In this document: positions 47,952 to 55,654 of the stretch, one piece after another | Position numbering within the stretch: position 1 is the stretch's first letter | Layout of the letters: each line of letters opens with the position of its first letter | Source: Bacteroidetes bacterium ADurb.Bin008 | Lineage (GTDB): Bacteria > Bacteroidota > Bacteroidia > Bacteroidales > Tenuifilaceae | Length of the DNA stretch: 64,000 bases | NCBI GenBank assembly: GCA_002071445.1 | Contig: MWFE01000052.1 | Span: forward strand, 95 to 64,094 | Direction of reading: 5' to 3' | Position numbers and translations under genes: made by a program | The notes under the pieces: generated by a model | The model's database searches: none | Seen by the model: only the letters and a program-made list of their open reading frames with translations | What the model was told of the DNA's origin: nothing

Positions 47952-49046
47952 TCAATCGGGAAAGATAAGCATAGGAATATCTGCTTCCGCAAGCATTTTG
48001 CGTGTTAGGGATGGGTTGAATAAGCGCGAAAGTAAGTTCCTTTTGTGCATTGTTACGGCAAAAAGATCAATCCTCCTGCCCGAAATAAAGCCTCTGAACG
48101 TTTCGGCGCAATATTTCCCTTTGACGAGTTCAAATTGGATATTAGCCTTTTTAATGGTCTTTTTCGCATAATCCTTAAGGCTGCTTAACCTTGCCCTGGC
48201 AATGGCGTTCTCCGGCTCATCGGTACAGTTGATACACCAAATGTTTACCTTAAATGCCGACAGGATGACAGCAAGTTTCCTGATGGCTGCATAATCGTTA
48301 TCATCAAGCCTTGCAGCGTAAAGCACATTCTTAACTTCATAAATATCCTTAAGAACCGCTTTTTCCGGTATTACCAGCAAAGGAATATTGACCTCTTTGG
48401 CCACATCCATGGCCACATCTCCCACCAGCTCATTGCTTCGAAACCCCTCCCCTTTTGTTCCCATAATCACTATTCCGGGTTTGTGCCTTCGGCATGAATC
48501 AATTATTCCATAGCTGGGAAAACCTTCGCGAAGCGAATAGCCAATTTTCACCGTATCCATGCCATTCTCCCGTGCATACCTTTTTATCTGTTCAAATGCT
48601 TTTACCAACTGTTTTTTGGCATTTTTCTGCAGCGTGTGAAAGTTTAAGTCCACATCGATTTGAACACTGGCGGCATCGGAAAAGGGGATTAGATCTACAA
48701 TGGGCGAATTGAAAACGTGCAGCAGTTTCAGTTCGGCTCCGTAAACGTGAGCAATTCTCAAAGCGAATAATGCAGCATTATTAGAATGTTCGGAAAAATC
48801 AATGGGTACCAGTATGCGACGAACGTTGTGCTCTCCCCTCCCGGGATCGTCAAGTTCAACCAGCAGCTTAATGGCCCTCTCCGCATCGGCTTCGCGAATT
48901 TGAACCTTAACATTATCAGAAATATTGGGCTGAATAAGGTTCACATTTTTCAAATAACATTCTATGCCATTGGAATTTAAATACCCTTGTAGTGCCAATG
49001 CGCTGGTATAGGTTTCGTTCGCAATAACGATTAATTTATCCTCCAT
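47952..49046 (-). CDS. DUF2007-like N-terminal domain plus tandem universal stress protein (USP) domains
   Basis: The N-terminal roughly 65 aa (LIVIANETYTSALALQGYLNSNGIECYL...READAERAIKLL) resemble the small signal-transducing DUF2007 fold. Two USP-like modules follow (ILVPIDFSEHS... and ...VIMGTKGEG). Confidence 0.65.
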   Translation of the reverse strand: MEDKLIVIANETYTSALALQGYLNSNGIECYLKNVNLIQPNISDNVKVQIREADAERAIKLLVELDDPGRGEHNVRRILVPIDFSEHSNNAALFALRIAHVYGAELKLLHVFNSPIVDLIPFSDAASVQIDVDLNFHTLQKNAKKQLVKAFEQIKRYARENGMDTVKIGYSLREGFPSYGIIDSCRRHKPGIVIMGTKGEGFRSNELVGDVAMDVAKEVNIPLLVIPEKAVLKDIYEVKNVLYAARLDDNDYAAIRKLAVILSAFKVNIWCINCTDEPENAIARARLSSLKDYAKKTIKKANIQFELVKGKYCAETFRGFISGRRIDLFAVTMHKRNLLSRLFNPSLTRKMLAEADIPMLIFPD

Positions 49047-49332
49047 GGCTAACCTAAGATTAATTACATGGAAATATAGTGTAATTAAAACATGAAGTCA
49101 AGGTTTTTTTCAAAATTTAGTATAAATGATTATGGATGCTTCACCGTCATAAAGTTAGCCCTGACAGCTCAAAGTGAAAAACAATGAGCTATATTGAATA
49201 AAACATTAAAGTTGGGCACAATTAGAATAGAAATCGAGTTTGAAGATGTAACCTCAAACAGTAATTAAAGCGTTCTGGATCAATAATTTTTATTGAGATT
49301 GCCTTTTGCAATATCCTTCGGATTTCTAATCA

Positions 49333-50451
49333 TTATCGTTTAAAAAAGGCTGTCAACTCCAATAGATATTTTGCTTTCTCCGACAAATCATCTGCACTGG
49401 CAGCCAAAGCTTCAACGGCAGCAGCATTCTGTTGCGTTATTTGGTTAAGCTGTTGAACGGAATCGTTCACCTGCAACGAACCGGATTTTTGTTCCATACT
49501 GGCTGCTGTAATCTCCTGAATCAGCTGTACAGTTTTTGTCATTTCCGGGAGATTTTGATTCATAAGCGCCCGGGCTTTCTCCGAAACTGCTGCCCCCTTT
49601 TGGGACACAGAAATTATTTCATTAGCTGCTATACTACTCCGTTCGGCAAGTTTTCTAACTTCAGCCGCTACAACAGCGAATCCTTTTCCTTGATCGCCGG
49701 CTCGGGCAGCTTCAACGGCAGCATTTAGGGCAAGAAGATTAGTTTGAAATGCAATGTCATTTATAATGGTTATTTTTTCAGCTATCTCTTTCATGGAATC
49801 CAAAGCAATATTGGTAGATTGATTACCCTCTTCCAAACTGCGGGCTGTATTAATTGCAATACTCTCGGTCTGCGTGGAATTATCGGCATTCTGCTGAATA
49901 CTCGATACTATTTGTTCCATGGTAGCCGAAATCTCCTCAAGGGAGGAAGCCTGCTCGTTGACCGATTCAGAAAGTTGCACTGAATTGGATGACAAAGCAA
50001 TACTGGCTTTATTAATATCCTCCGAAACAGAGAGTATGCCTAAAATAACTTCCCTAAACTTCTGGCTAAGTTTCTCTATACCCACGGCAAATTTTCCCAT
50101 TTCGTCATCTCTGCTCAAAAACTCTTTTTCTATTTCGAGTTTAAGCACCCCCTTTGACATGTTCTGCAGTTGATCTAAAAAGTTGTTAAGAGGCCTTTTA
50201 ATCTTTATATTGACTATATATATACATACAGTGGCAAAAATCCCGGCAAGGGTAAAACTCACATAGAAAGGAAAAATATTAGGGTATAGATATTTCAGGT
50301 TTAAAACGCTGGCTAAAAAAAGCAGCGTGATAAGCCATAAGCGTGCTATTGATGTGATTATTGACTTTTTAAGCACAAGGTGAATAATTAAAAAACCTAA
50401 TGGCACCCCAGCAATCCACGGAAAGGCAACTGCAAATAGTTCTCGCGACAT
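49333..50451 (-). CDS. Methyl-accepting chemotaxis protein (membrane-embedded N-terminus, HAMP-like linker, MA signalling domain)
   Basis: Canonical signalling hairpin [40 protein letters not shown]. Three to four N-terminal hydrophobic helices with only short loops. Confidence 0.9.
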   Translation of the reverse strand: MSRELFAVAFPWIAGVPLGFLIIHLVLKKSIITSIARLWLITLLFLASVLNLKYLYPNIFPFYVSFTLAGIFATVCIYIVNIKIKRPLNNFLDQLQNMSKGVLKLEIEKEFLSRDDEMGKFAVGIEKLSQKFREVILGILSVSEDINKASIALSSNSVQLSESVNEQASSLEEISATMEQIVSSIQQNADNSTQTESIAINTARSLEEGNQSTNIALDSMKEIAEKITIINDIAFQTNLLALNAAVEAARAGDQGKGFAVVAAEVRKLAERSSIAANEIISVSQKGAAVSEKARALMNQNLPEMTKTVQLIQEITAASMEQKSGSLQVNDSVQQLNQITQQNAAAVEALAASADDLSEKAKYLLELTAFFKR

Positions 50452-50561
50452 AATTTCTATTTTTTAAAGGTTCTGAATAATCTAAACAAACTTAATTAAA
50501 AATACTAATGATACTGTAATGGATTTTTTTATCCATGCAAAAAACTGCTTTTTAAAGAAAG

Positions 50562-50597
50562 AATTGACCAACGGTATTTTGAAATTGACAAATGGTA
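50562..50597 (+). promoter_or_regulatory. Direct repeat pair aattgaccaacggta / aattgacaaatggta, 21-bp phase
   Basis: 13/15 identical. The starts are 21 bp apart (50562 and 50583), in the MCP-MCP divergent spacer. Confidence 0.5.
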
Positions 50598-50781
50598 ATG
50601 ACAAAATTAAGCTGAAAAACAGATTTTAAGTAAAAATAACTATTGTGACAAATATAAAATGATTTATCTTAAATCCAACTATTAGGTTACCAACACCTTG
50701 AATAGTCATTCTTAATTTCCCGGCACAAATATATGGTTCAACCTTCAAATAACAAACAATCTCGTCATTTTGATGAAATTA

Positions 50782-50812
50782 TTTGGCACTACAAACTAAT
50801 TTGTTAGATTTG
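50782..50812 (+). promoter_or_regulatory. Promoter of the plus-strand MCP gene (TTTG-N19-TAGATTTG)
   Basis: Exact match to the Bacteroidota sigma-A consensus TTTG-N19-21-TAnnTTTG. It predicts a 5' UTR of about 105 nt. Confidence 0.55.
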
Positions 50813-50878
50813 TGGATAATCATAGAAGGTTATGACATATTACACTATCACTGTAAACAGTCAGATAATAAGTACCAT

Positions 50879-50912
50879 GTAATCAATCAATAAGTTATAG
50901 TAATCAATCAAT
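50879..50912 (+). promoter_or_regulatory. Exact 13-bp direct repeat gtaatcaatcaat x2, 21-bp phase, in the predicted 5' UTR
   Basis: Copies at 50879-50891 and 50900-50912. The second ends 12 nt before the ATG at 50925. Confidence 0.5.
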
Positions 50913-50924
50913 TAACTCTTTTCT

Positions 50925-52052
50925 ATGGAATCGATCCTTGTTAAATCCGTTCTCATTGCCTTTGGGGCAGGAGTCCCTTTGGCTTATTTAGGCCTTAAAT
51001 ATATTTTTAAAAATTCTATTTTCCAACGCATTGGAATTTTTTGGGTGGCAACATCGTTGCTAACAACACTTTACGGCGAGGCTAGAATTATATATGGATT
51101 TCATAGTGCCGTATTAGTTACCATGGCTGCCATTACCATTACCGGCGGTCTTTACATTGCATCGGTTCTATTTAAGAAACCCCTGGAACAAGTGGATAAA
51201 AAACTATTGGAACTTTCTAAAGGCGATCTTAACGTTAAACTATCGGAAGAAGAGATACAGAGAAAAGATGAAATTGGCACTCTTTCCCAATCCATTGCCA
51301 ATCTATCCAACAGTCTGAAAGAAATTGTCGGAAATATCAAGGAGAGAGCTGATGCAGTGGCCCATGCAAGCGAGTTGATCAAGGGGAGCACTCTTAACCT
51401 GTCGCAGGATGCAACTATGCAGGCAGCCCTAGCAGAAGAAATATCATCATCCATCGATCAAATTTCATCAAGCATTAAACAAAACGATTCAAATGCCCAG
51501 CATACTAAAACCATCTCCGTAAATTCTGTTAACGGGATTTCGGAAGTTGCCACTTCCTCTCAGGAAAGTTTGGATTTAATAAGGCAAATCAGTAGCAAGA
51601 TCAATATTGTGAACGATATTGCCTTCCAAACGAATATACTCGCTCTAAACGCGGCTGTTGAGGCAGCCCGTGCCGGCGAGAGCGGGAAGGGATTTGCCGT
51701 TGTGGCTGCCGAGGTGAGAAAGTTGGCAGAAAGAAGTAAGGTAGCTGCCGATGAAATCATTTCTCTTGCCAATCGGACTGTAAAGAGAACCGAGGAAGCT
51801 AACCTTAAAATGGAAAGTGTAATCCCAGAAATAACAAAGACAGCTGATTTGGTGCAGGAAATTTCGGCAACCAGCATGGAGCAAAATACCGGAGCCGACC
51901 AGATTGGAACAGCCATACAGGAGTTGAACTCCGCTTCGCAAAGAAGCGCTGCCGAATCGGAAGAGATTGCAACCAACTCCGAACAGCTGGCCGAACAGGC
52001 AGATCTACTACTGGACTCCATTGCCTTCTTTAAGATTAGCGATGGTAGGTAA
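50925..52052 (+). CDS. Methyl-accepting chemotaxis protein, paralog of 49333-50451
   Basis: [44 protein letters not shown]-like [21 protein letters not shown]...DEIGTLS. Same multi-helix N-terminus. Confidence 0.9.
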   Translation: MESILVKSVLIAFGAGVPLAYLGLKYIFKNSIFQRIGIFWVATSLLTTLYGEARIIYGFHSAVLVTMAAITITGGLYIASVLFKKPLEQVDKKLLELSKGDLNVKLSEEEIQRKDEIGTLSQSIANLSNSLKEIVGNIKERADAVAHASELIKGSTLNLSQDATMQAALAEEISSSIDQISSSIKQNDSNAQHTKTISVNSVNGISEVATSSQESLDLIRQISSKINIVNDIAFQTNILALNAAVEAARAGESGKGFAVVAAEVRKLAERSKVAADEIISLANRTVKRTEEANLKMESVIPEITKTADLVQEISATSMEQNTGADQIGTAIQELNSASQRSAAESEEIATNSEQLAEQADLLLDSIAFFKISDGR

Positions 52053-52597
52053 AGAGTAAAGGTTGTTATATATACTGACTGAAAATCAGGATATTTCATT
52101 ACAGTAAAGTACTTTTTACTAGGGTATTATCCACTGATACTGATATTTCCCTATTGATAACACTATGGATAACAACACACTGTATCCCTGTGAAGGCGCT
52201 GAGAAATAATAATAATAACTGAGTAATGTGAAATTAACATTTCCGCCTCAACTTCTCAGCTATACAATGGGGGTAATCTCTTTGCGCTCTTTAAGTCCCA
52301 CATCCCGACTAATCTGGATCGGAATCTTTTTGTCTTCTTCAATTAAAAACAATGAGCAATAAGTAATGAACAATATATATACTTGCAGCCCTATGGGTAG
52401 TCAGACCGAATTTTGTCTTTCTTTGGGGGTTAAGGGACAAAATTTAAAACTATCATAAAAATTTCACCAAATATAAGACTCACTGATAGAAACTGAGTAT
52501 CTGCATGTTATCTTTAACACGGAACTGTAAATAACACTTTAGAGTTACGAAAAATTAACCATAAACAATAATCCCAATATTCTTTTCCATGCACCAT

Positions 52598-52627
52598 GAT
52601 GAAATGCGCAAACCATTTCATCTTTTT
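52598..52627 (+). promoter_or_regulatory. Perfect 9-bp inverted repeat gatgaaatg-N7-catttcatc followed by ttttt (operator or terminator/attenuator hairpin)
   Basis: Read directly. It overlaps the candidate -33 region of the promoter below and a 15-codon mini-ORF (52589-52636). Confidence 0.5.
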
Positions 52628-52639
52628 GCAATCTAAGGC

Positions 52640-52647
52640 TATATTTG
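52640..52647 (+). promoter_or_regulatory. Candidate -7 box (TATATTTG) for the homocysteine cluster
   Basis: Matches TAnnTTTG and lies 41 nt upstream of the ATG at 52688. A TTTC lies 20 nt upstream as a weak -33. Confidence 0.4.
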
Positions 52648-52687
52648 GGCATTATTTAACACAATACACCCTCAATAAGCATGTAAT

Positions 52688-53839
52688 ATGTCGCAAACAC
52701 GTTCTATCGAAGAGATTAACGATAAAATCCGCAAAGGGAAAGCCGTGGTGCTAACTGCCGAACAGGTTGCCGCCATGGGGCGGGAATCGAGCCCTTCTGA
52801 AATTGCACAAAAGGTTGATGTGGTAACTACGGGAACCTTCGGCCCCATGTGCTCTTCGGGCTTGTTTATCAACTTCGGACATACCAATCCGCCCATTCGA
52901 ATGGAGAAGGTCACCCTAAACAACGTGCCCGTTTTCGCCGGTATAGCTGCTGTTGATGCTTATATCGGGGCTACCGAAACGGCACTGCCCAACGACCAAT
53001 ACGGTGGTGCGCATGTAATTGAGGACCTGATTGCCGGAAAGGATATCCTGCTGCAAGCCTCAGCCAAGGGTACCGATTGCTATCCACGTACCGAGGTTAA
53101 AACGCTGATTAACAAAGACACAGTGAACGAAATGTTCATGTTCAACCCCCGCAATGCTTACCAGAATTACAACGTTGCGGTGAACAGTACTTCAAAGATA
53201 AAACATACCTACATGGGCACTCTGTTACCGCTTCTGGGTAACGCCACATTCTCCACCTCAGGCGAACTGAGCCCGTTAATAAACGACCCCGAATTGCGCA
53301 CTATTGGCATAGGTACACGAATATTCTTTGGCGGTACCACGGGCTATGTGGCATGGCACGGAACGCAGTTCAATACCGGCAAACCGCGTAATGAGCATGG
53401 AATTCCCATTGGCAACTCTGCAACGCTTACCCTCATTGGCAATGCCAAGGAGATGAACACCCAATTCATCCGCGCAGCCTATTTTGAGAAATACGGCGTA
53501 TCCATGTTTGTGGGCGTAGGTATTCCCATACCGGTGTTAGATGAGGATATGGCCCATAGGGTGATGATAGACAACAGCCGTATAGAAACCAATATCATCG
53601 ATTATGGAACGCCCGACCACGATATTCTGGGGCGAACCAATTATCAATCACTTTTTGCCGGAGAGATTACCATCAACGGTAAAAAAGTGCGAACGGCTCC
53701 CCTATCCAGCATCAAAGTTGCACGTGACATCGCCGAAACTCTGCGTCGCGAGATTCTATCTGGCAACTTTATGCTCACAACACCTGTAGAATACTTTAAA
53801 AAGACCAAAGGCCTCAATTGCCTTGACATCAGATTATAA
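52688..53839 (+). CDS. COG1900/DUF39 homocysteine biosynthesis protein (L-aspartate semialdehyde sulfurtransferase type), no CBS domains
   Basis: N-terminal EEINDKIRKGKAVVLTAEQV...VDVVTTGTFGPMCSSG pattern typical of COG1900. It is followed by the NIL-ferredoxin partner. Confidence 0.75.
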   Translation: MSQTRSIEEINDKIRKGKAVVLTAEQVAAMGRESSPSEIAQKVDVVTTGTFGPMCSSGLFINFGHTNPPIRMEKVTLNNVPVFAGIAAVDAYIGATETALPNDQYGGAHVIEDLIAGKDILLQASAKGTDCYPRTEVKTLINKDTVNEMFMFNPRNAYQNYNVAVNSTSKIKHTYMGTLLPLLGNATFSTSGELSPLINDPELRTIGIGTRIFFGGTTGYVAWHGTQFNTGKPRNEHGIPIGNSATLTLIGNAKEMNTQFIRAAYFEKYGVSMFVGVGIPIPVLDEDMAHRVMIDNSRIETNIIDYGTPDHDILGRTNYQSLFAGEITINGKKVRTAPLSSIKVARDIAETLRREILSGNFMLTTPVEYFKKTKGLNCLDIRL

Positions 53840-53856
53840 TAATCCAACATACCCAG

Positions 53857-54267
53857 ATGAAAAGTAAAAGATTTGTACTAACCTTCCCTCCCGAAGCCTC
53901 CGGCGAGCCCATCACATACAACCTCATCCGGAAGTTCGATATCATGGTAAACATTGTAAAGGCCGATGTTTCGCCCGGCCACATAGGGCATCTGGTGATG
54001 GAGATGACAGCCCCCAAAAAAGTGCTTGAAGATGGGATGGAGTATATGAGGCAGCATAGGGTAGAATGCGTGCCCATTGACCGTAAAATAACCTACAACA
54101 AGGATTTGTGTGTTCACTGTGGTGCCTGTTCGGCCGTTTGCTTTGCAGGAGCACTGACCATAAGCCCCCAAACGGCTGAATTGGGTTTTGACCCTGAGAA
54201 ATGCGTGGTGTGCGAACTCTGCCTCACGGCCTGCCCATTGAAACTTTTCCGCATTGATATTGGCTAA
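53857..54267 (+). CDS. NIL domain plus 2x[4Fe-4S] ferredoxin (partner of COG1900)
   Basis: NIL-like N-terminal half (GEPITYNLIRKFDIMVNIVKADV). Two cluster motifs, CVHCGACSAVC and CVVCELCLTACP. Confidence 0.8.
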   Translation: MKSKRFVLTFPPEASGEPITYNLIRKFDIMVNIVKADVSPGHIGHLVMEMTAPKKVLEDGMEYMRQHRVECVPIDRKITYNKDLCVHCGACSAVCFAGALTISPQTAELGFDPEKCVVCELCLTACPLKLFRIDIG

Positions 54268-55018
54268 AAGCCAAGCATACCAGCCCCGCCTCTACCGCGA
54301 GGCCATGGGGAATAGCCGTTGGGAAAGCTTAACTGTTGCTCATCGGCAAACCGACCTTTGGGTGGCTGTTGATAAGCGTAGCTTCCATCCGCACATTAGA
54401 AACTATGTGTCGGATCGCATACGCCATTACAGAGCCATTCTCGATGATCATATTGCAGGGCATCCCGATTTCCTAACCGCCCTTGCTCCCATCGCACCTC
54501 CTTTTGGAGTACACCCGTTAATAGCAGAAATGGCCGAAGCCTCTAAAATTGCAGGCACTGGTCCCATGAGTGCAGTGGCCGGAGCCTTGGCAGAAAGGAT
54601 TTGTTATGATATCATATCTCAATTTGGTGCCCAAGAGGTTATTGTGGAAAACGGAGGCGACATATTTATGCAACTTACCGAACCTGTAACCGTGTCCATT
54701 TATGCAGGAAATTCTCCGCTATCCGAGAAGTTAGCCTTAACTCCCGATGCTGCTCATAGCCCCTTATCGCTATGCTGCTCCTCGTCAACAGTGGGGCATG
54801 CTCTCAGCTTTGGCACTGCCGATGCCTGTATGGTGGCCTGTCGTAGCGGAGCTCTGGCCGATGCCCTGGCAACCGCTTTCTGCAATATGGTTAAAACCGA
54901 TGAATCGGTGCAGGAAGTAACCCAAAAGGCTTTGGAGATGACAGAAGTGAAGGCCATTGTAATCATCAGGGGCGATAAGGTGGGCATGGGAGGACAGATA
55001 AAAGTAACCCTGATATAA
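54254..55018 (+). CDS. UPF0280 / COG2122 ApbE-like protein
   Basis: AGTGPMSAVAGALAE...EVIVENGGDIF...SSSTVGHALSFGTADA...SGALADALATA pattern. The TTG start overlaps the upstream stop by 14 nt. An alternative ATG lies at 54305. Confidence 0.65.
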   Translation: MILAKSQAYQPRLYREAMGNSRWESLTVAHRQTDLWVAVDKRSFHPHIRNYVSDRIRHYRAILDDHIAGHPDFLTALAPIAPPFGVHPLIAEMAEASKIAGTGPMSAVAGALAERICYDIISQFGAQEVIVENGGDIFMQLTEPVTVSIYAGNSPLSEKLALTPDAAHSPLSLCCSSSTVGHALSFGTADACMVACRSGALADALATAFCNMVKTDESVQEVTQKALEMTEVKAIVIIRGDKVGMGGQIKVTLI

Positions 55019-55090
55019 ATGAATTGTGTGGTCTAAGCCTCGATAAAAGATAATCTCCCCACTCTAATAGTAGAAAGAAAGACTTTTTCC

Positions 55091-55129
55091 TAAAAAAGGT
55101 CATCCCGAACCGTGTGCTCGGGATGACCT
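55091..55129 (-). terminator. Rho-independent terminator of the V-ATPase operon
   Basis: Perfect 12-bp stem aggtcatcccga / tcgggatgacct with a 9-nt loop. The T-tract is on the minus strand (plus-strand aaaaaa at 55092-55097). Confidence 0.85.
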
Positions 55130-55156
55130 TCATGTTTATTTAATTAGGGTGTGCTG

Positions 55157-55654
<498 letters not shown>

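Noticed and set aside
49432-52099. Antisense ORFs across both MCP genes (49432-49728, 49744-49983, 49919-50173, 51152-51454, 51560-52099, 51645-51941)
   Set aside because: The MCP coiled-coil regions are Ala/Ser/Glu/Gln-rich with few reverse-strand stops. The sense frames carry the canonical MCP signature, so these are frame artefacts.
52190-52330. TPP (THI-box) riboswitch: gtgaaggcgctgagaaata closely resembles the GUGAAGGCUGAGAAAUA stretch of the E. coli thiM element, and actaatctggat resembles CUGAUCUGGAU
   Set aside because: The other obligatory elements are absent or in the wrong order: the GGGG...ACCC P2 pairing, the CCAGCG segment and the AGGGA segment. The two fragments are about 110 nt apart, and the downstream genes are not thiamine-related. 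I consider it a chance resemblance. An Infernal scan would settle it.
52053-52687. SAM-I or SAM-II riboswitch upstream of the homocysteine genes
   Set aside because: One would be expected from the gene context. I could not find the SAM-I core (GAGGGA...GCAACC...AGAUGAGA-type segments) or the SAM-II AAAGCU pseudoknot signature by eye. The region is therefore reported only as unexplained structure.
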